A DNA stretch of 63,879 bases, from the NCBI GenBank assembly GCA_035279545.1, contig DATEHM010000077.1:1-63879 (forward strand), in the 5' to 3' direction. The stretch is from a bacterium (GTDB lineage: Bacteria; Sysuimicrobiota; Sysuimicrobiia; Sysuimicrobiales; Segetimicrobiaceae). Below are positions 32,565 to 42,900 of the stretch, piece after piece. Each line of letters begins with the position of its first letter. The stretch's first letter is position 1. A program made the position numbers and the translations under genes. The notes beneath the pieces are model-generated. The model made no database searches and was not told the origin of the DNA. It worked only from the letters and a program-made list of their open reading frames with translations.

Positions 32565-33122
32565 CTACCGGGCGGATCTCCACACCACGTCGGGGCGCCC
32601 TGCCGCGAGGTTCGCCGCGCGCGCCAAGACGAAGAGCAGATCGGACAGCCGGTTGACGTACTTGAGGAGCTCCGGGTTGAGCGGCTCCAGTGCGGTAAGC
32701 TGCACGATCTCCCGCTCGGCCCGCCGCGCCACCGTCCGCGCGTGGTGCAGTGCGGCCGCGCCCGGGGTGCCCCCCGGGAGGACGAATTGGCGGAGAGGCG
32801 GCAGGCGATCCTCAAACCGATCGATCTCCTGCTCCAACCCGGCGACCTGATCGGCGGACACCCGGACGACGTGAGACCCGGCTGCGGACGCGGCGGCGGG
32901 GGTGGCCAGCTCCGCGCCGAGATCGAACAGGTGGTGCTGCAGCCGCTCCAGGACCCCGTCGATCTCCCGATCGGATCCGGCCGCGCGCGCCAGCCCCAGG
33001 ACGGCGTTCAGTTCGTCGATCGTGCCGTACGCCCGGACCCGCGGGTCATCCTTCGAGACTCGGGCTCCCCCGAATAAACTGGTGTGTCCGCCGTCGCCCG
33101 TCCGGGTGTAGATGCGCGTCAC
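32565..33122 (-). CDS. pduO: ATP:cob(I)alamin adenosyltransferase, PduO type
   Basis: 185 aa starting MTRIYTRTGDGGHTSLFGGARVSKDDPRVRAYGTIDELNAVLG, a canonical PduO/MMAB N-terminus. Confidence 0.88.
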   Translation of the reverse strand: MTRIYTRTGDGGHTSLFGGARVSKDDPRVRAYGTIDELNAVLGLARAAGSDREIDGVLERLQHHLFDLGAELATPAAASAAGSHVVRVSADQVAGLEQEIDRFEDRLPPLRQFVLPGGTPGAAALHHARTVARRAEREIVQLTALEPLNPELLKYVNRLSDLLFVLARAANLAAGRPDVVWRSAR

Positions 33123-33131
33123 GGCGCCGGC

Positions 33132-35189
33132 CTACTCGTCGGCGGCCACCCCCTGCCGCCGGCGGGATGAGCCGCCGGCCTCGGATGCGCCCGGCCGTGC
33201 AGCCAGGTGCGTGCCGAACCAGGCCAGGATGTGGCGGAGCCGCTCGACCCGATGCTTGGGCTGCCCGTTTCGGGAGAGGTCATGGCTCTCCCCGGGAAAG
33301 CGGACGAAGAGCGTTGGGGTCCCCTGCTTCTTGAGCGCGATGAACAGCTGCTCCCCCTGCTCGATCGGACAACGCAGATCGTTCTCGCTGTGGAGGATCA
33401 ACAGCGGAGTCCGCATCTGGCGCACGTAGGTAATCGGCGATCGCTCGAGGTAGAATCCGGGAGATTCCCACGGATCGCCCGGGTACTCCCAGAACCCCTT
33501 CTGATAGGCGAGGTCAGAGGTCCCCCACTGGCTGTAGGCGTTGCTGATGCTCCGCATCGTCACCGCGGCCTTAAAGCGCTGGGTATGGCCGACGACCCAG
33601 TTGGTCATGAACCCGCCATAGCTGCCGCCCGCCACACCGAGCCGATCGGGGTCGATCCAGTCGTAGGCACCCAACGCGTGGTCGACCCCGCGCATGAGAT
33701 CCTCGTAGTCCTTGCCGCCCCAGTCGTGACGCGTCCCCGCGGTGAATGTCTGGCCGTACCCCTGGCTCCCGCGGGGATTCATGTAGATCACGCCGTACCC
33801 GGAGGCGGCAAGGAGCTGAAACTCATGGAAGAATCCGTTGCCGTACGCGCCGTGGGGGCCGCCGTGAATCTCAACGATGGTGGGGGCCCGCTCGTGTTGG
33901 CCCGGGCCGGCCGGGCGCAGCACCCACCCCTCGATCCTCCACCCGTCCACGCTGGACACCTCGAACCGCTCGGGAATGGAGAGGGCCAGGGTCCGCAGGC
34001 ACGCCCCGTTCAGGTCCGTGATCCGCCGGAGCGGCCCCGCCGCAGCCCCAACGTCCAGTACGACGACCTCCCCGGGCGTCAGAGGGTCGCTCTCGATGCA
34101 CGCCGCCCGGATCGCCCGGCGGTCCAGCGAGCACCCGATCAGTTCGTGATCGCCCTGTGTCTCCTGCCGGACCGCGCCGTCGCCAACCGCCACCGACGCA
34201 ATCTGGGTATTTGCGCCGTCGGCGTACATGAAGTAGATGCGCGCGCCGTCGGGCGCCCACGTCAGCCCTCCGGCACCGGGGTGGGCGCGCACGTCGGAGA
34301 TCACGTGGTGACCGACGCTGCGGTCGAACTCCCGGGTCAGGCAGACCGGATCGCCACCGGTGGCGGAGACCACCCAGACCGCCGAGTTCGTCGCCCCCCG
34401 GCAGGCGTTATCGTGTCCGACGTACGCGATCCGGGCCCCGTCGGGAGACCACGCGGGCAGGCTGACCGGGCCGATGCCGCCGGTCAGCCGACGCGGCACC
34501 CCCCCGCCCTCGGCCGCCACCACCCAGACATCGGTGACATTGGAGAGATCGGCGTTCTGATCGGGGTTGGCGACGTACGCAACCCAGCGCCCGTCGGGCG
34601 ACCAGGCCGGGTTCGTGTGATCGCACTCCTCACGGGTAAGCTGCCGCGCCTCCCCTCCGCCGGCGGGCACGGCCAGCACCTCCTTCCAGCGCCCGTCCCA
34701 GAACCCCTCACCGTCGAGCTTGTAGCGCAGGCGCGAGATCACGCGCACGTCGCTCTCGTCCGGCCCCGGCTTGGGCTGGGGCTTGGCCACCACGGCGAGC
34801 CAGCGGCCGTCCTGGGACCAAGACAGCTCCGAGGGGGCGAGCGGGCCCGACGTCACCTGACGCGCCTCCCCCCCCTCCACCCCGATCACCCAGACCTGCT
34901 TCTCCCCGCCCCGATCCGAGATGAAGGCGATCTGGTCCCCGTCGGGAGACCAGCGGGGATGGACGTCCTTGCCCGAGGCGGTCGTCAATTGCCACGGCAC
35001 GCGCCCATCGACGGGGGCGATCCACAGATGGCTCTGGTAGACGTTCGTGGAAATATCCCCCGTCGTCACGGTACAGACCGCCCGGGTCCCATCGGGTGAC
35101 ATCTGCGGATCGTTGAGGATCTTGAGCGCGAACAAGTCTTCGATCGTGATCGGTCGCCCGGGACGGACGCCCTGGTCACGAAGGTTCAT
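33132..35189 (-). CDS. S9-family serine peptidase (beta-propeller + alpha/beta hydrolase; acylaminoacyl/prolyl oligopeptidase-like)
   Basis: ORF 33132..35300 trimmed to ATG 35189, with GAGGAGGAG upstream. The N-terminal half has repeated WSPDG propeller motifs. Catalytic GGSYGG is present, and the C-terminus has HSENDLRCP ... GESH. Confidence 0.85.
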   Translation of the reverse strand: MNLRDQGVRPGRPITIEDLFALKILNDPQMSPDGTRAVCTVTTGDISTNVYQSHLWIAPVDGRVPWQLTTASGKDVHPRWSPDGDQIAFISDRGGEKQVWVIGVEGGEARQVTSGPLAPSELSWSQDGRWLAVVAKPQPKPGPDESDVRVISRLRYKLDGEGFWDGRWKEVLAVPAGGGEARQLTREECDHTNPAWSPDGRWVAYVANPDQNADLSNVTDVWVVAAEGGGVPRRLTGGIGPVSLPAWSPDGARIAYVGHDNACRGATNSAVWVVSATGGDPVCLTREFDRSVGHHVISDVRAHPGAGGLTWAPDGARIYFMYADGANTQIASVAVGDGAVRQETQGDHELIGCSLDRRAIRAACIESDPLTPGEVVVLDVGAAAGPLRRITDLNGACLRTLALSIPERFEVSSVDGWRIEGWVLRPAGPGQHERAPTIVEIHGGPHGAYGNGFFHEFQLLAASGYGVIYMNPRGSQGYGQTFTAGTRHDWGGKDYEDLMRGVDHALGAYDWIDPDRLGVAGGSYGGFMTNWVVGHTQRFKAAVTMRSISNAYSQWGTSDLAYQKGFWEYPGDPWESPGFYLERSPITYVRQMRTPLLILHSENDLRCPIEQGEQLFIALKKQGTPTLFVRFPGESHDLSRNGQPKHRVERLRHILAWFGTHLAARPGASEAGGSSRRRQGVAADE

Positions 35190-35388
35190 CACGGCATCTC
35201 CTCCTCTGCGTCCCCGGATCGGGAAACGGCGCGCCGGGTTGAGGCCACCGAGCCCAAGGGCAGCAGGGCCGCGCCCCTCCCTGTTCTTCGACGGGGGCAC
35301 GCCTCCCTCCGGAGCGCGCTCGCTCCCGACCGCCGCCGACGGCGCGGGGCAGCCGGCGGGGAAGCTGGCCGCGCGCGGAGCTCACCGG

Positions 35389-36168
35389 TCATCGCCCCAG
35401 GGCAAGCCGCTGGGAGAGTTGCGCCGGAAGCTTGCGGGCCGCCATCTTTCTCTGGGTCGTCGCGATCGGGTACGAAAGCCGCTGGAGGGTGACGGTGCGC
35501 GGTTCGGTCTCCAGGATCAGGTAGGAAGCGCGGGGGTCGCCGTCGCGGGGCTGCCCGACGCTTCCCACGTTGACGATGTAGCGGTCCGAGCTGGCGAGCC
35601 GCATTCGTTCGCCTACCGGCAGCGCACGGATACTCAGCGTCCCGTCCGCCTCGAGGACGAACGCGCCCGGCACGTGGGAATGCCCCACCAGACAGAGCGC
35701 GAAGGGATGCTCGGAAAAAATCGCCAGCGAGGTGGGGAGATCGAGTATGTACTCTTCGATCGGATCCCGCGGGCTCCCGTGGACCGCGAGAAAGTCAGGG
35801 TCCTCCAGGCGGTCGGGAAGGGTGGTGATCCACCGCCGGGTCTCGTCGGTCACGACCTCGATCGTCCACTCGATCGCCGCGCGCGCGAGCGGGGTGAAGG
35901 CCCGGATGTCGAGCGCGCCGACGGCCGCGCGGTCGTGGTTGCCGGCAATCGCCCTTCCCCCCAGCTCTTGGATGCGCGACGCGCACTCGTTGGGGTTGGG
36001 CCCGTAGCCAACGGTGTCGCCCAGACACAGGAAGGCGTCGGGGCGGTGCCGGCCCACATCGGCCAGCACCGCCTCCAGCGCTTCGAGGTTGCCGTGCACA
36101 TCGGAAAGGATCGCGTATCGCACGGGAAGAGGAGACGGCCTACCGTCGCCGCTGAGCGAGTTCGGCAA
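35389..36168 (-). CDS. calcineurin-like metallophosphoesterase (YfcE/MJ0936-like)
   Basis: [33 protein letters not shown] motifs in order. The start is uncertain: TTG 36168 overlaps the hisIE stop by 29 nt, while GTG 36123 lies 16 nt after it. Either way it is tightly appended to the his operon. Confidence 0.8.
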   Translation of the reverse strand: MPNSLSGDGRPSPLPVRYAILSDVHGNLEALEAVLADVGRHRPDAFLCLGDTVGYGPNPNECASRIQELGGRAIAGNHDRAAVGALDIRAFTPLARAAIEWTIEVVTDETRRWITTLPDRLEDPDFLAVHGSPRDPIEEYILDLPTSLAIFSEHPFALCLVGHSHVPGAFVLEADGTLSIRALPVGERMRLASSDRYIVNVGSVGQPRDGDPRASYLILETEPRTVTLQRLSYPIATTQRKMAARKLPAQLSQRLALGR

Positions 36169-36820
36169 ATACCTCGCGCGGGCTCACCCCGAGGAAGACC
36201 AGGAGGGCCAAGGTGTGGAACCAGAGATCGGCAGTCTCCTCAACAAGACGCCCGCGAGTCTCCTTCCGGGCGGCCCGAGTCACCTCGGCGGCTTCTTCCA
36301 TGATCTTCTCATTGAGACGGGCCAACCCCTCCGCGAACAGCCGGGTCGTGTAGGACCCTTCGCGGGGCGCCGCGCGGCGATCGTTGAGTACGGCCGCGAT
36401 CTCGCTGAGAACCTCGGCGTCACCGCGGATGGGCCGATCGGCCCCGTTCTCCGGCCCCGCCCCCCCGCGGTCGACGAGGATGGCCGCCTCACCGTCTCGC
36501 TGCGCGACCGCCCGGTAGAAGCATGACCGGTGCCCGGTGTGGCACGCCGCTCCCGTCTGCTCGACCCGAAGCAGCACCGCGTCGCCGTCGCAGTCCGCCC
36601 GGACCTCCGTGACCCGCTGGGTGTGCCCCGACGTCTCACCCTTCCGCCAGAGCCGATTTCGGCTGCGACTCCAGTACCACCCCTGTCCGGTGTCCAAGGT
36701 CCGCCGGAGGGCCTCCCGATCCATGTGCGCAACCATCAGCACCTCGCCGCTGCCGCCGTCCTGCGCCACGGCGGTCACCAGCCCGTCCGCATCAAACCGT
36801 ACGGTCCCGCTCTCGTCCAT
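36140..36820 (-). CDS. hisI: bifunctional phosphoribosyl-AMP cyclohydrolase / phosphoribosyl-ATP pyrophosphatase
   Basis: ORF 36140..37228 trimmed to ATG 36820, with GGGAGGA upstream. 226 aa with [30 protein letters not shown] (HisI) and a C-terminal MazG-like HisE part. Confidence 0.9.
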   Translation of the reverse strand: MDESGTVRFDADGLVTAVAQDGGSGEVLMVAHMDREALRRTLDTGQGWYWSRSRNRLWRKGETSGHTQRVTEVRADCDGDAVLLRVEQTGAACHTGHRSCFYRAVAQRDGEAAILVDRGGAGPENGADRPIRGDAEVLSEIAAVLNDRRAAPREGSYTTRLFAEGLARLNEKIMEEAAEVTRAARKETRGRLVEETADLWFHTLALLVFLGVSPREVFAELAQRRR

Positions 36821-36837
36821 CCGCGTGATCCTCCCGC

Positions 36838-37605
36838 TTACCGGCGGACGGGGATCCCCGCCGCCGCCATCTGCGCCTTCGACTCGGCGATGCTGTATCG
36901 CCGGAAGTGGAACATGGACGCGGCGAGCACGGCATCCGCATCCGCGCCCTCGATGACCTCTACGAAGTGGTGCGGGTGGCCCGCGCCCCCCGAGGCGATC
37001 ACGGGCACCCGCACCGTTTGCGTGATGGCCCGGGTCAGGGCCAGGTCGTAGCCGTCCTCGTGCCCGTCCCGGTCCATGCTCGTGATCAGCAGCTCCCCCG
37101 CCCCGAGTTCCGCGGCCTGGCGGGCCCAGGCGACGGCGTCTCGGTTCGCCGGCGTCCGGCCTCCGTGCGTGTAGACCTCCCACCGACCGGGCTCCTGCTG
37201 GCGCGCGTCGATCGCCACGACGACGCACTGGCTGCCGAAGCGCCGGGCCGCCTCGCGGATCAACTCCGGACGCTGTATCGCCGCCGTGTTCAGGCCGACC
37301 TTGTCGGCGCCGGCGTTGAGCATCCGGCGGAGATCCTCCACGGCGCGCAGGCCGCCGCCCACGGTGAACGGGATCGTCAGCGTGTCGGCCGTCCGCCGGA
37401 CCACCTCCTCCATGATCCCGCGGCGCTCGTGACTGGCCGTGATGTCCAGGAAGACGATCTCATCGGCACCCTCGCGATCGTACAGGGCCGCCAGCTCGAC
37501 GGGATCGCCCGCGTCGCGCAGGTCCACGAAACTCGTGCCCTTGACGACCCGCCCGGCATCGACGTCGAGGCACGGGATCACCCGTCGCGCCAGCATCGAA
37601 TTCAC
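36838..37605 (-). CDS. hisF: imidazole glycerol phosphate synthase cyclase subunit
   Basis: 255 aa with [16 protein letters not shown].., a canonical HisF. Confidence 0.95.
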   Translation of the reverse strand: MNSMLARRVIPCLDVDAGRVVKGTSFVDLRDAGDPVELAALYDREGADEIVFLDITASHERRGIMEEVVRRTADTLTIPFTVGGGLRAVEDLRRMLNAGADKVGLNTAAIQRPELIREAARRFGSQCVVVAIDARQQEPGRWEVYTHGGRTPANRDAVAWARQAAELGAGELLITSMDRDGHEDGYDLALTRAITQTVRVPVIASGGAGHPHHFVEVIEGADADAVLAASMFHFRRYSIAESKAQMAAAGIPVRR

Positions 37606-38324
37606 GCCGCGGCGGCCAGGAGGTCCTCGAGCCGGACGCGCCCCTCGTACAGGACCCGGCCGACGATGACGCCCTCCAGCCCGTGGGCTTCGAGCGGCCG
37701 GAGGCGCCGGATGTCGTCGGCCGAGGCGATCCCGCCCGCGGCGACCACCGGCACGTCGACCTCACGGAGGATCCGTTCGATGGCGGCGACGTTGGGCCCC
37801 GCCAGCATCCCGTCCGCGCCGATGTCCGTGTAGATGATCCGCCGGGCGCCCGCCGCGACGACCTGAGTGGCGACGGCCGAGGCGGATAGTCCGGTGCGGG
37901 TGACCCACCCCTCCGTCGCCACCTCGCCGCCCCGCGCGTCGATCCCCACCACCACCCGGTCGCCGAACCGCGAACACGCCTCCTCCAGCACGTCCCGGCG
38001 GGAGAGGGCGACGGTCCCCAGGATGACCCGGGCGGCTCCGGCGTCCAACCACCGCTCGACCGTCCCGAGATCCCGCATCCCTCCGCCCACCTCCACGGGG
38101 ATCTCCACTGCGGCGATCAGGCGGCGGATCGCCTCCGCGTTCACTTGGGTGCCGGTGAACGCGCCGTCGAGATCGACGACGTGCAGCCAGGCGGCGCCGC
38201 AGGCCATCCACCGACGGGCCGCGGCGGCCGGGTCGCCATCGTAGAGATGCTCGCGGTCAGGCGCCCCCTGAACGAGACGGACGCACCGCCCGCCCCGCAC
38301 GTCAACGGCCGGCAGCACCAGCAC
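37602..38324 (-). CDS. hisA: ProFAR isomerase
   Basis: 240 aa starting [20 protein letters not shown]... 4-nt overlap with hisF. Confidence 0.93.
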   Translation of the reverse strand: MLVLPAVDVRGGRCVRLVQGAPDREHLYDGDPAAAARRWMACGAAWLHVVDLDGAFTGTQVNAEAIRRLIAAVEIPVEVGGGMRDLGTVERWLDAGAARVILGTVALSRRDVLEEACSRFGDRVVVGIDARGGEVATEGWVTRTGLSASAVATQVVAAGARRIIYTDIGADGMLAGPNVAAIERILREVDVPVVAAGGIASADDIRRLRPLEAHGLEGVIVGRVLYEGRVRLEDLLAAAA

Positions 38325-38928
38325 CGATGGCCCACCGAGCGAAGTTGGTCAGCACGCGGCTGCCGGCCGCCCCCGATTTCTCCGGATGAAACTGGGTCGC
38401 CCAGACATTGCCGCCGCCGACGACGGCGGCCACCTCCCCTCCGTAATCGGCCGTGGCCGCCACGAGCGCGGGGTCCGCGGGAACCGCGTGGTACGAATGG
38501 ATGAAGTAGACGTGCATCCCCGTCGCGCAGCCGTCAAGGAGCGGAGAGGGGCGAACGATGTCGAGCGCGTTCCATCCCATGTGGGGGGTCTTGACCTCCT
38601 CGGAGAGGCGTACGACCCGGCCGGGGAGCAGGCCGAGGCCTTGGTGGACGCCGTCCTCCTCGCTCTCCTCAAACAGCACCTGCATCCCAAGGCAGATCCC
38701 TAAGAACGGCCGCCCCGAGTCGACGAACTCCCGGATGCGCTCGACGAATCCCGCGTCCCGGAGGCCCGCCATCGCCGGACCGAACGCGCCGTCCCCGGGG
38801 ACGACCAGCGCATCCGCCTCGTCCAGGAGGCGCGGCGAGTCGGTGACGCGGACCTCAAGCCCTTGGCGCTCGAGTCCCTTTCGGATGCTCCGGAGGTTGC
38901 CGGCGCCGTAGTCCACGACCGCGATCAT
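38302..38928 (-). CDS. hisH: imidazole glycerol phosphate synthase glutaminase subunit
   Basis: 208 aa with MIAVVDYGAGNLRS.., GICLGMQ, QFHPEKS. Confidence 0.95.
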   Translation of the reverse strand: MIAVVDYGAGNLRSIRKGLERQGLEVRVTDSPRLLDEADALVVPGDGAFGPAMAGLRDAGFVERIREFVDSGRPFLGICLGMQVLFEESEEDGVHQGLGLLPGRVVRLSEEVKTPHMGWNALDIVRPSPLLDGCATGMHVYFIHSYHAVPADPALVAATADYGGEVAAVVGGGNVWATQFHPEKSGAAGSRVLTNFARWAIGAGAAGR

Positions 38929-39515
38929 GCGAGGGTACCCTTGGTCGAGGGGATGCCCGGGACCCGCGGATCCACCCGCGTCGCCCGGTCGAGCGCGAGG
39001 GCCAGCGCCTTAAAGGCCGCCTCGATGATATGGTGCGCGTTCCGCCCGTGCAGGAGCAGGAGGTGCACGGTGATCCCGGCGTTCATCACGAACGCCCGGA
39101 AGAACTCCTCGGTGAGGTCCGTGTCGTAGTCCCCCAGCCGCTGGCGGGGCACCGGGATGGCGTAGTGGAGGTACGGCCGGCCGCTGACATCGACCGCGGC
39201 CAGAACCAGCGCCTCGTCCAGCGGCGCGTACTCGGAGGCGTAGCGGCTGATCCCCCCGCCGTCTCCCAGGGCCTCCCGTAGGGCCCGGCCGAGCGCGATG
39301 CCGACGTCCTCCACGGTGTGGTGCGCGTCGACCTCCAGATCTCCGCTGGCCTCGACGGCCAGGTCGAACCGCCCGTGCCGCGCGAGCTGGGCAAGCATGT
39401 GGTCGAGAAACGGCAACCGCGTGCTCCCCGTGTGGGCCCCCGTGCCGTCCAGGTCCCAGGTCACGTCGATGCGCGTCTCCGCGGTCGCGCGCGCCACCCG
39501 GCCGACGCGGCTCAT
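38925..39515 (-). CDS. hisB: imidazoleglycerol-phosphate dehydratase (monofunctional, no HAD phosphatase domain)
   Basis: 196 aa with ETRIDVTWDLDG.., DAHHTVEDVGIALG, NAHHIIEAAFKA. Confidence 0.95.
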   Translation of the reverse strand: MSRVGRVARATAETRIDVTWDLDGTGAHTGSTRLPFLDHMLAQLARHGRFDLAVEASGDLEVDAHHTVEDVGIALGRALREALGDGGGISRYASEYAPLDEALVLAAVDVSGRPYLHYAIPVPRQRLGDYDTDLTEEFFRAFVMNAGITVHLLLLHGRNAHHIIEAAFKALALALDRATRVDPRVPGIPSTKGTLA

Positions 39516-40822
39516 GTCGGCTCCCTCCGGGCACGCACCGCGAGCACGTGGGCCGGGAAGTCTTCATACTGGCCGAGCCGTTCGATCACCGGCCGCACGC
39601 GATCGAGCCCGGCGGGATCGAGGTGGGCGATCGACGTCGCCTTGAGATAGCTGAGCACCGTGACCCCAGAGGCGACGCGCGCGAAGCCGCTGGTCGGCAG
39701 CGCCGCCGGCACGCCGATCGCGTAGTTGCCCGCGGAAAACGGGGTGTCCTGTCCGAGCAGGACCTCGCCGGCGTTGCGAATCTGCAGCAGCGTGGCGAAC
39801 GGATCTCGGGTGGCAATCTGCAGGTGCTCGGGCGCGTAGAGATTGGCGAACGCCACCGCCTGTTCCACAGTGTCGACCACGAAGACGCCGCCGTATCGAC
39901 TCATCGCCGCCTCGGCGAATTCGCGGCGCCCGGCGGGGAGCTGTGCCAGATATCGGGGGAGCCGCTCCCGAACCTCGCCGGCGAGCGACGCCGATGTGAC
40001 CAGAAGAATCGCCGCAGAGTCCGCGCCGTGCTCGGCTTCGTTCAGGAGATCGAGGGCCAGGCGGTCCGGATCGGCCGTCTCGTCGGCCAGGATCAAGGAC
40101 TCGGTCGGGCCCAGGAACGACAGCAGGCGCACCCCGTGGGCCTGCACGGCGATCTGGGCGGCGGTGACGTAGGGGTTTCCCGGACCGCCGAGGAGTTCGA
40201 CTCGAGGCAGCGTCGCCGTCCCGAATGCCAGCCCAGCGATGCCGGCGACCCCGTTGCACCGAAACAGCTGCGACACCCCGAGCAGGTCGGCGGCGACGAG
40301 GAGGGCAGGATCCACGCTGCCATCCTTTCGCGGGGGGACGACGACGGCGATGTCGGTAACGCCGGCGACGATCGCCGGGGTAACCAGCGTGATGAACGTG
40401 GAGGGGAACGCCCCCTTCCCACTGGGGATGTAGACCCCGACGCTCTCGACGGGGGCAAATTTGACGCCCGTGATCAGGCCGTCCTCCAGCTCCTCGAGCT
40501 GCAACGCGGGGGGACGGAGCCACTCGTTGTACCGCCGGGTCCGGTCGATGCTCGCGGCGAGCGCCGTGCGCAGCGCGCCGTCCACGGCCTCGTGGGCGCG
40601 GCTAATCTCCTGCCGGTCAACCTGGAGGCGGTCCGAAGACAAGGTGACGCCGTCATGCCGCTGCGTATACTCTGTGATGGCGGCGTCCCCGCGCTCCCGG
40701 ACGTCCTCGACGATTGCGCGCACGTGAGCGGCGCGGTCGGCGTCGAACACTTCCGCCCTCGACCGCTGCAGGATCTGACGCAGCCGCCCGGGAGAAATCT
40801 GGGTCAGCCGTTGAATCTCCAC
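39512..40822 (-). CDS. hisD: histidinol dehydrogenase
   Basis: 436 aa with an HDH body (NEAEHGADSAAILV, APEHLQI). Confidence 0.93.
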   Translation of the reverse strand: MEIQRLTQISPGRLRQILQRSRAEVFDADRAAHVRAIVEDVRERGDAAITEYTQRHDGVTLSSDRLQVDRQEISRAHEAVDGALRTALAASIDRTRRYNEWLRPPALQLEELEDGLITGVKFAPVESVGVYIPSGKGAFPSTFITLVTPAIVAGVTDIAVVVPPRKDGSVDPALLVAADLLGVSQLFRCNGVAGIAGLAFGTATLPRVELLGGPGNPYVTAAQIAVQAHGVRLLSFLGPTESLILADETADPDRLALDLLNEAEHGADSAAILLVTSASLAGEVRERLPRYLAQLPAGRREFAEAAMSRYGGVFVVDTVEQAVAFANLYAPEHLQIATRDPFATLLQIRNAGEVLLGQDTPFSAGNYAIGVPAALPTSGFARVASGVTVLSYLKATSIAHLDPAGLDRVRPVIERLGQYEDFPAHVLAVRARREPT

Positions 40823-40836
40823 GCTGGCCTCTCTTT

Positions 40837-41490
40837 CTACACCGATGATCGATCCCGCGCCGAGGCCGCCGCCCGCATTCGCTCGACCACGGCCTGCACC
40901 GCCGCCGCCCGGGTGCGCAGGCTCACCCGGTTGACGACCAACCGCGCGGAGGAGCGGAACACCTCCGCGACCTCCAGGAGATGGTTCTCCGCCAGCGTGC
41001 GGCCGGTCATCACCAAATCGAGAATCCCATCCGCCACCCCCACCTGGGGGGCGAGCTCAACGGTGCCGTTCATCTCAACGACCTCCACCGACCGCCCCCG
41101 CCCCCAGAAGTACCGCTCGGTCACCCGCGGGTATTTGGTGGCGATGCGAATCGGGCTCAAGGCCTCCCACCCCGGGGCCCTCTTCTCGGGAAACGCGACG
41201 ACGCCCCGACATGCTCCAAACCCGAGATCCACCAACTCGTAGACGTCTCGCCCCTGCTCGAGCAGCATGTCCTTCCCGACGATGCCGAGATCGGCGGCTC
41301 CGTGCTCGACGTACGTCAGCAGGTCCGCGGGCTTGGCGATCAGGCATCGGACGTGCGGATCCAGGCATGGAAGGATGAGGCGGCGTGTCGACCGCCAGGT
41401 CTCCGCGGTCAGGTATCCCGCGGCCTCGAGGGCGCGCATCGAGTCCTCGAGCAGGCGGCCCGAGGCGACCGCCACGGTCATGAGGTCCAC
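40837..41490 (-). CDS. hisG: ATP phosphoribosyltransferase, short (HisZ-dependent) form
   Basis: 217 aa with no C-terminal regulatory domain (VAVASGRLLEDS.., GIADGILDLVMTGRTL). Confidence 0.9.
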   Translation of the reverse strand: MDLMTVAVASGRLLEDSMRALEAAGYLTAETWRSTRRLILPCLDPHVRCLIAKPADLLTYVEHGAADLGIVGKDMLLEQGRDVYELVDLGFGACRGVVAFPEKRAPGWEALSPIRIATKYPRVTERYFWGRGRSVEVVEMNGTVELAPQVGVADGILDLVMTGRTLAENHLLEVAEVFRSSARLVVNRVSLRTRAAAVQAVVERMRAAASARDRSSV

Positions 41491-42755
41491 GGCGCACTCC
41501 CATTCCCCGGGTGGCCGCCCAGCAGGTCGGCGATCGCCAGCGACTGCTCTCCGCCGTTGGCGTCACGCACGACGGCGCGCCCGCCGGTCACCAGCACCGC
41601 GCGAGGGGTCCCGGCGGCGAACGCCCCCCGCGCCATCTCCTCCCACGGCCGCCCGAGGATCTCCACGGTCACGGACAGGTCCCGCTCCCGCAGCGCCCGG
41701 GCCAGCCGCAGCGCCTCCGCCCGGTCTTCGGACGTAAACGCCACCGCCACATCGGCCGCCGCTTCCTCTCCGTCGCGGCTGGGAGACGCGGCGAGGACCC
41801 GGTCGACCCGGACCGCGAACCCGGTCGCGGGATACGGCGCGCCGAACCCTTCGAGCAACCGGTCGTACCGCCCGCCGCCGAGTAACGGGAAGCCCAGCAC
41901 CGCGGTGTGCCCTTCGAAGACAATACCGGTGTAATAGTCGAAGTCGCGAATGATGCCGAGGTCCACCCGGACGGCGCCGCCCACCCCATACGCCTCCAGG
42001 ACCTCGACCAGCGCTTCGAGATCGTCCAGCACACGTCGAGTCTCCCGCGTCTCGGCCAGCTGGTGTGCCTCACGGAGGGCGTGGGGGCCGCTCAGAGTCG
42101 GCAGCGCCACCAACGCGTCACCGCGCGCCGCCGGCACGCCGTAGCGGTCCAGCACCGCGCGGAGCCCGACGAAGTCCTTCTGGTACAGAAGCGCCCGCAC
42201 TTCCGCGGCGCCCTCCTCCGGCAACCCCAGAGCGCCGAGCACGCCCCGAAGAAACCCCGCGTGGCCGAGGCTAACCGAGCACTCCACGGCGCCCGATGCG
42301 GCCAGCGCGTCCACGGCGAGGGCCACGATCTCCGCGTCGGCCTCCAGAGTGTCCGATCCGATCAGTTCGGCTCCCACCTGGGGGAATTCCCGCAGCCGCC
42401 CCGACCCGGTCTCCGATCCACGGAACACCTGCCCCGCGTAGGCCAGGCGCAGCGGCAACGGCTGGGTGCGCAAATGCGTGGTGACCAACCGGGCGACCGG
42501 CGTCGTCATCTCCGGCCGCAACGCGAGCAGTTCGCCGCCGCGGTCCACCAGCTTGAACAGCCGGTCCCCCTCGGTGCCCGCCCCGTGCACAAGCGTGTCG
42601 AAGTACTCGATCGTAGGCGTCACCACCTCGCGGTAGCCCCACCGCCGCATCCGCGAGATGATGCGGTCGGCGACCATCCGCGCCCGCGCGGATTCGTCGG
42701 GAAGGAGATCGCGCATTCCCGGAGGGACCTGTTGCCACCGCTCACGTCGCATCAT
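41478..42755 (-). CDS. hisZ: ATP phosphoribosyltransferase regulatory subunit (HisRS paralogue)
   Basis: 425 aa with a HisRS-like fold but a degenerate motif 2 (FRGSETGSGRLREFPQVGAELIG). 13-nt overlap with the short-form hisG. Confidence 0.8.
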   Translation of the reverse strand: MMRRERWQQVPPGMRDLLPDESARARMVADRIISRMRRWGYREVVTPTIEYFDTLVHGAGTEGDRLFKLVDRGGELLALRPEMTTPVARLVTTHLRTQPLPLRLAYAGQVFRGSETGSGRLREFPQVGAELIGSDTLEADAEIVALAVDALAASGAVECSVSLGHAGFLRGVLGALGLPEEGAAEVRALLYQKDFVGLRAVLDRYGVPAARGDALVALPTLSGPHALREAHQLAETRETRRVLDDLEALVEVLEAYGVGGAVRVDLGIIRDFDYYTGIVFEGHTAVLGFPLLGGGRYDRLLEGFGAPYPATGFAVRVDRVLAASPSRDGEEAAADVAVAFTSEDRAEALRLARALRERDLSVTVEILGRPWEEMARGAFAAGTPRAVLVTGGRAVVRDANGGEQSLAIADLLGGHPGNGSAPWTS

Positions 42756-42779
42756 GCCGCCGTATGCCCTTCTTTATCA

Positions 42780-42814
42780 CGATAAAGCGATACAGTGTCA
42801 AAGTATCGCTATCG
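42780..42814 (-). promoter_or_regulatory. AT-rich inverted repeat embedding a TTGACA box: candidate his promoter/operator
   Basis: Plus strand reads CGATA-AA-GCGATAC agtgtcaaa GTATCGC-TATCG: a 7-bp perfect inner arm and a 5-bp outer arm, with a 2-nt bulge. The spacer carries minus-strand TTGACA (42801-42796). It ends 25 nt upstream of the hisZ ATG. Confidence 0.45.
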
Positions 42815-42900
42815 TAGCACACTCCGCGGCGGGGTGTCAACCGATCGGATGAAGGCAGATGAAGAGGGGCGCCGCCGCTCAGCGGGGCGCCGCGCACTGG

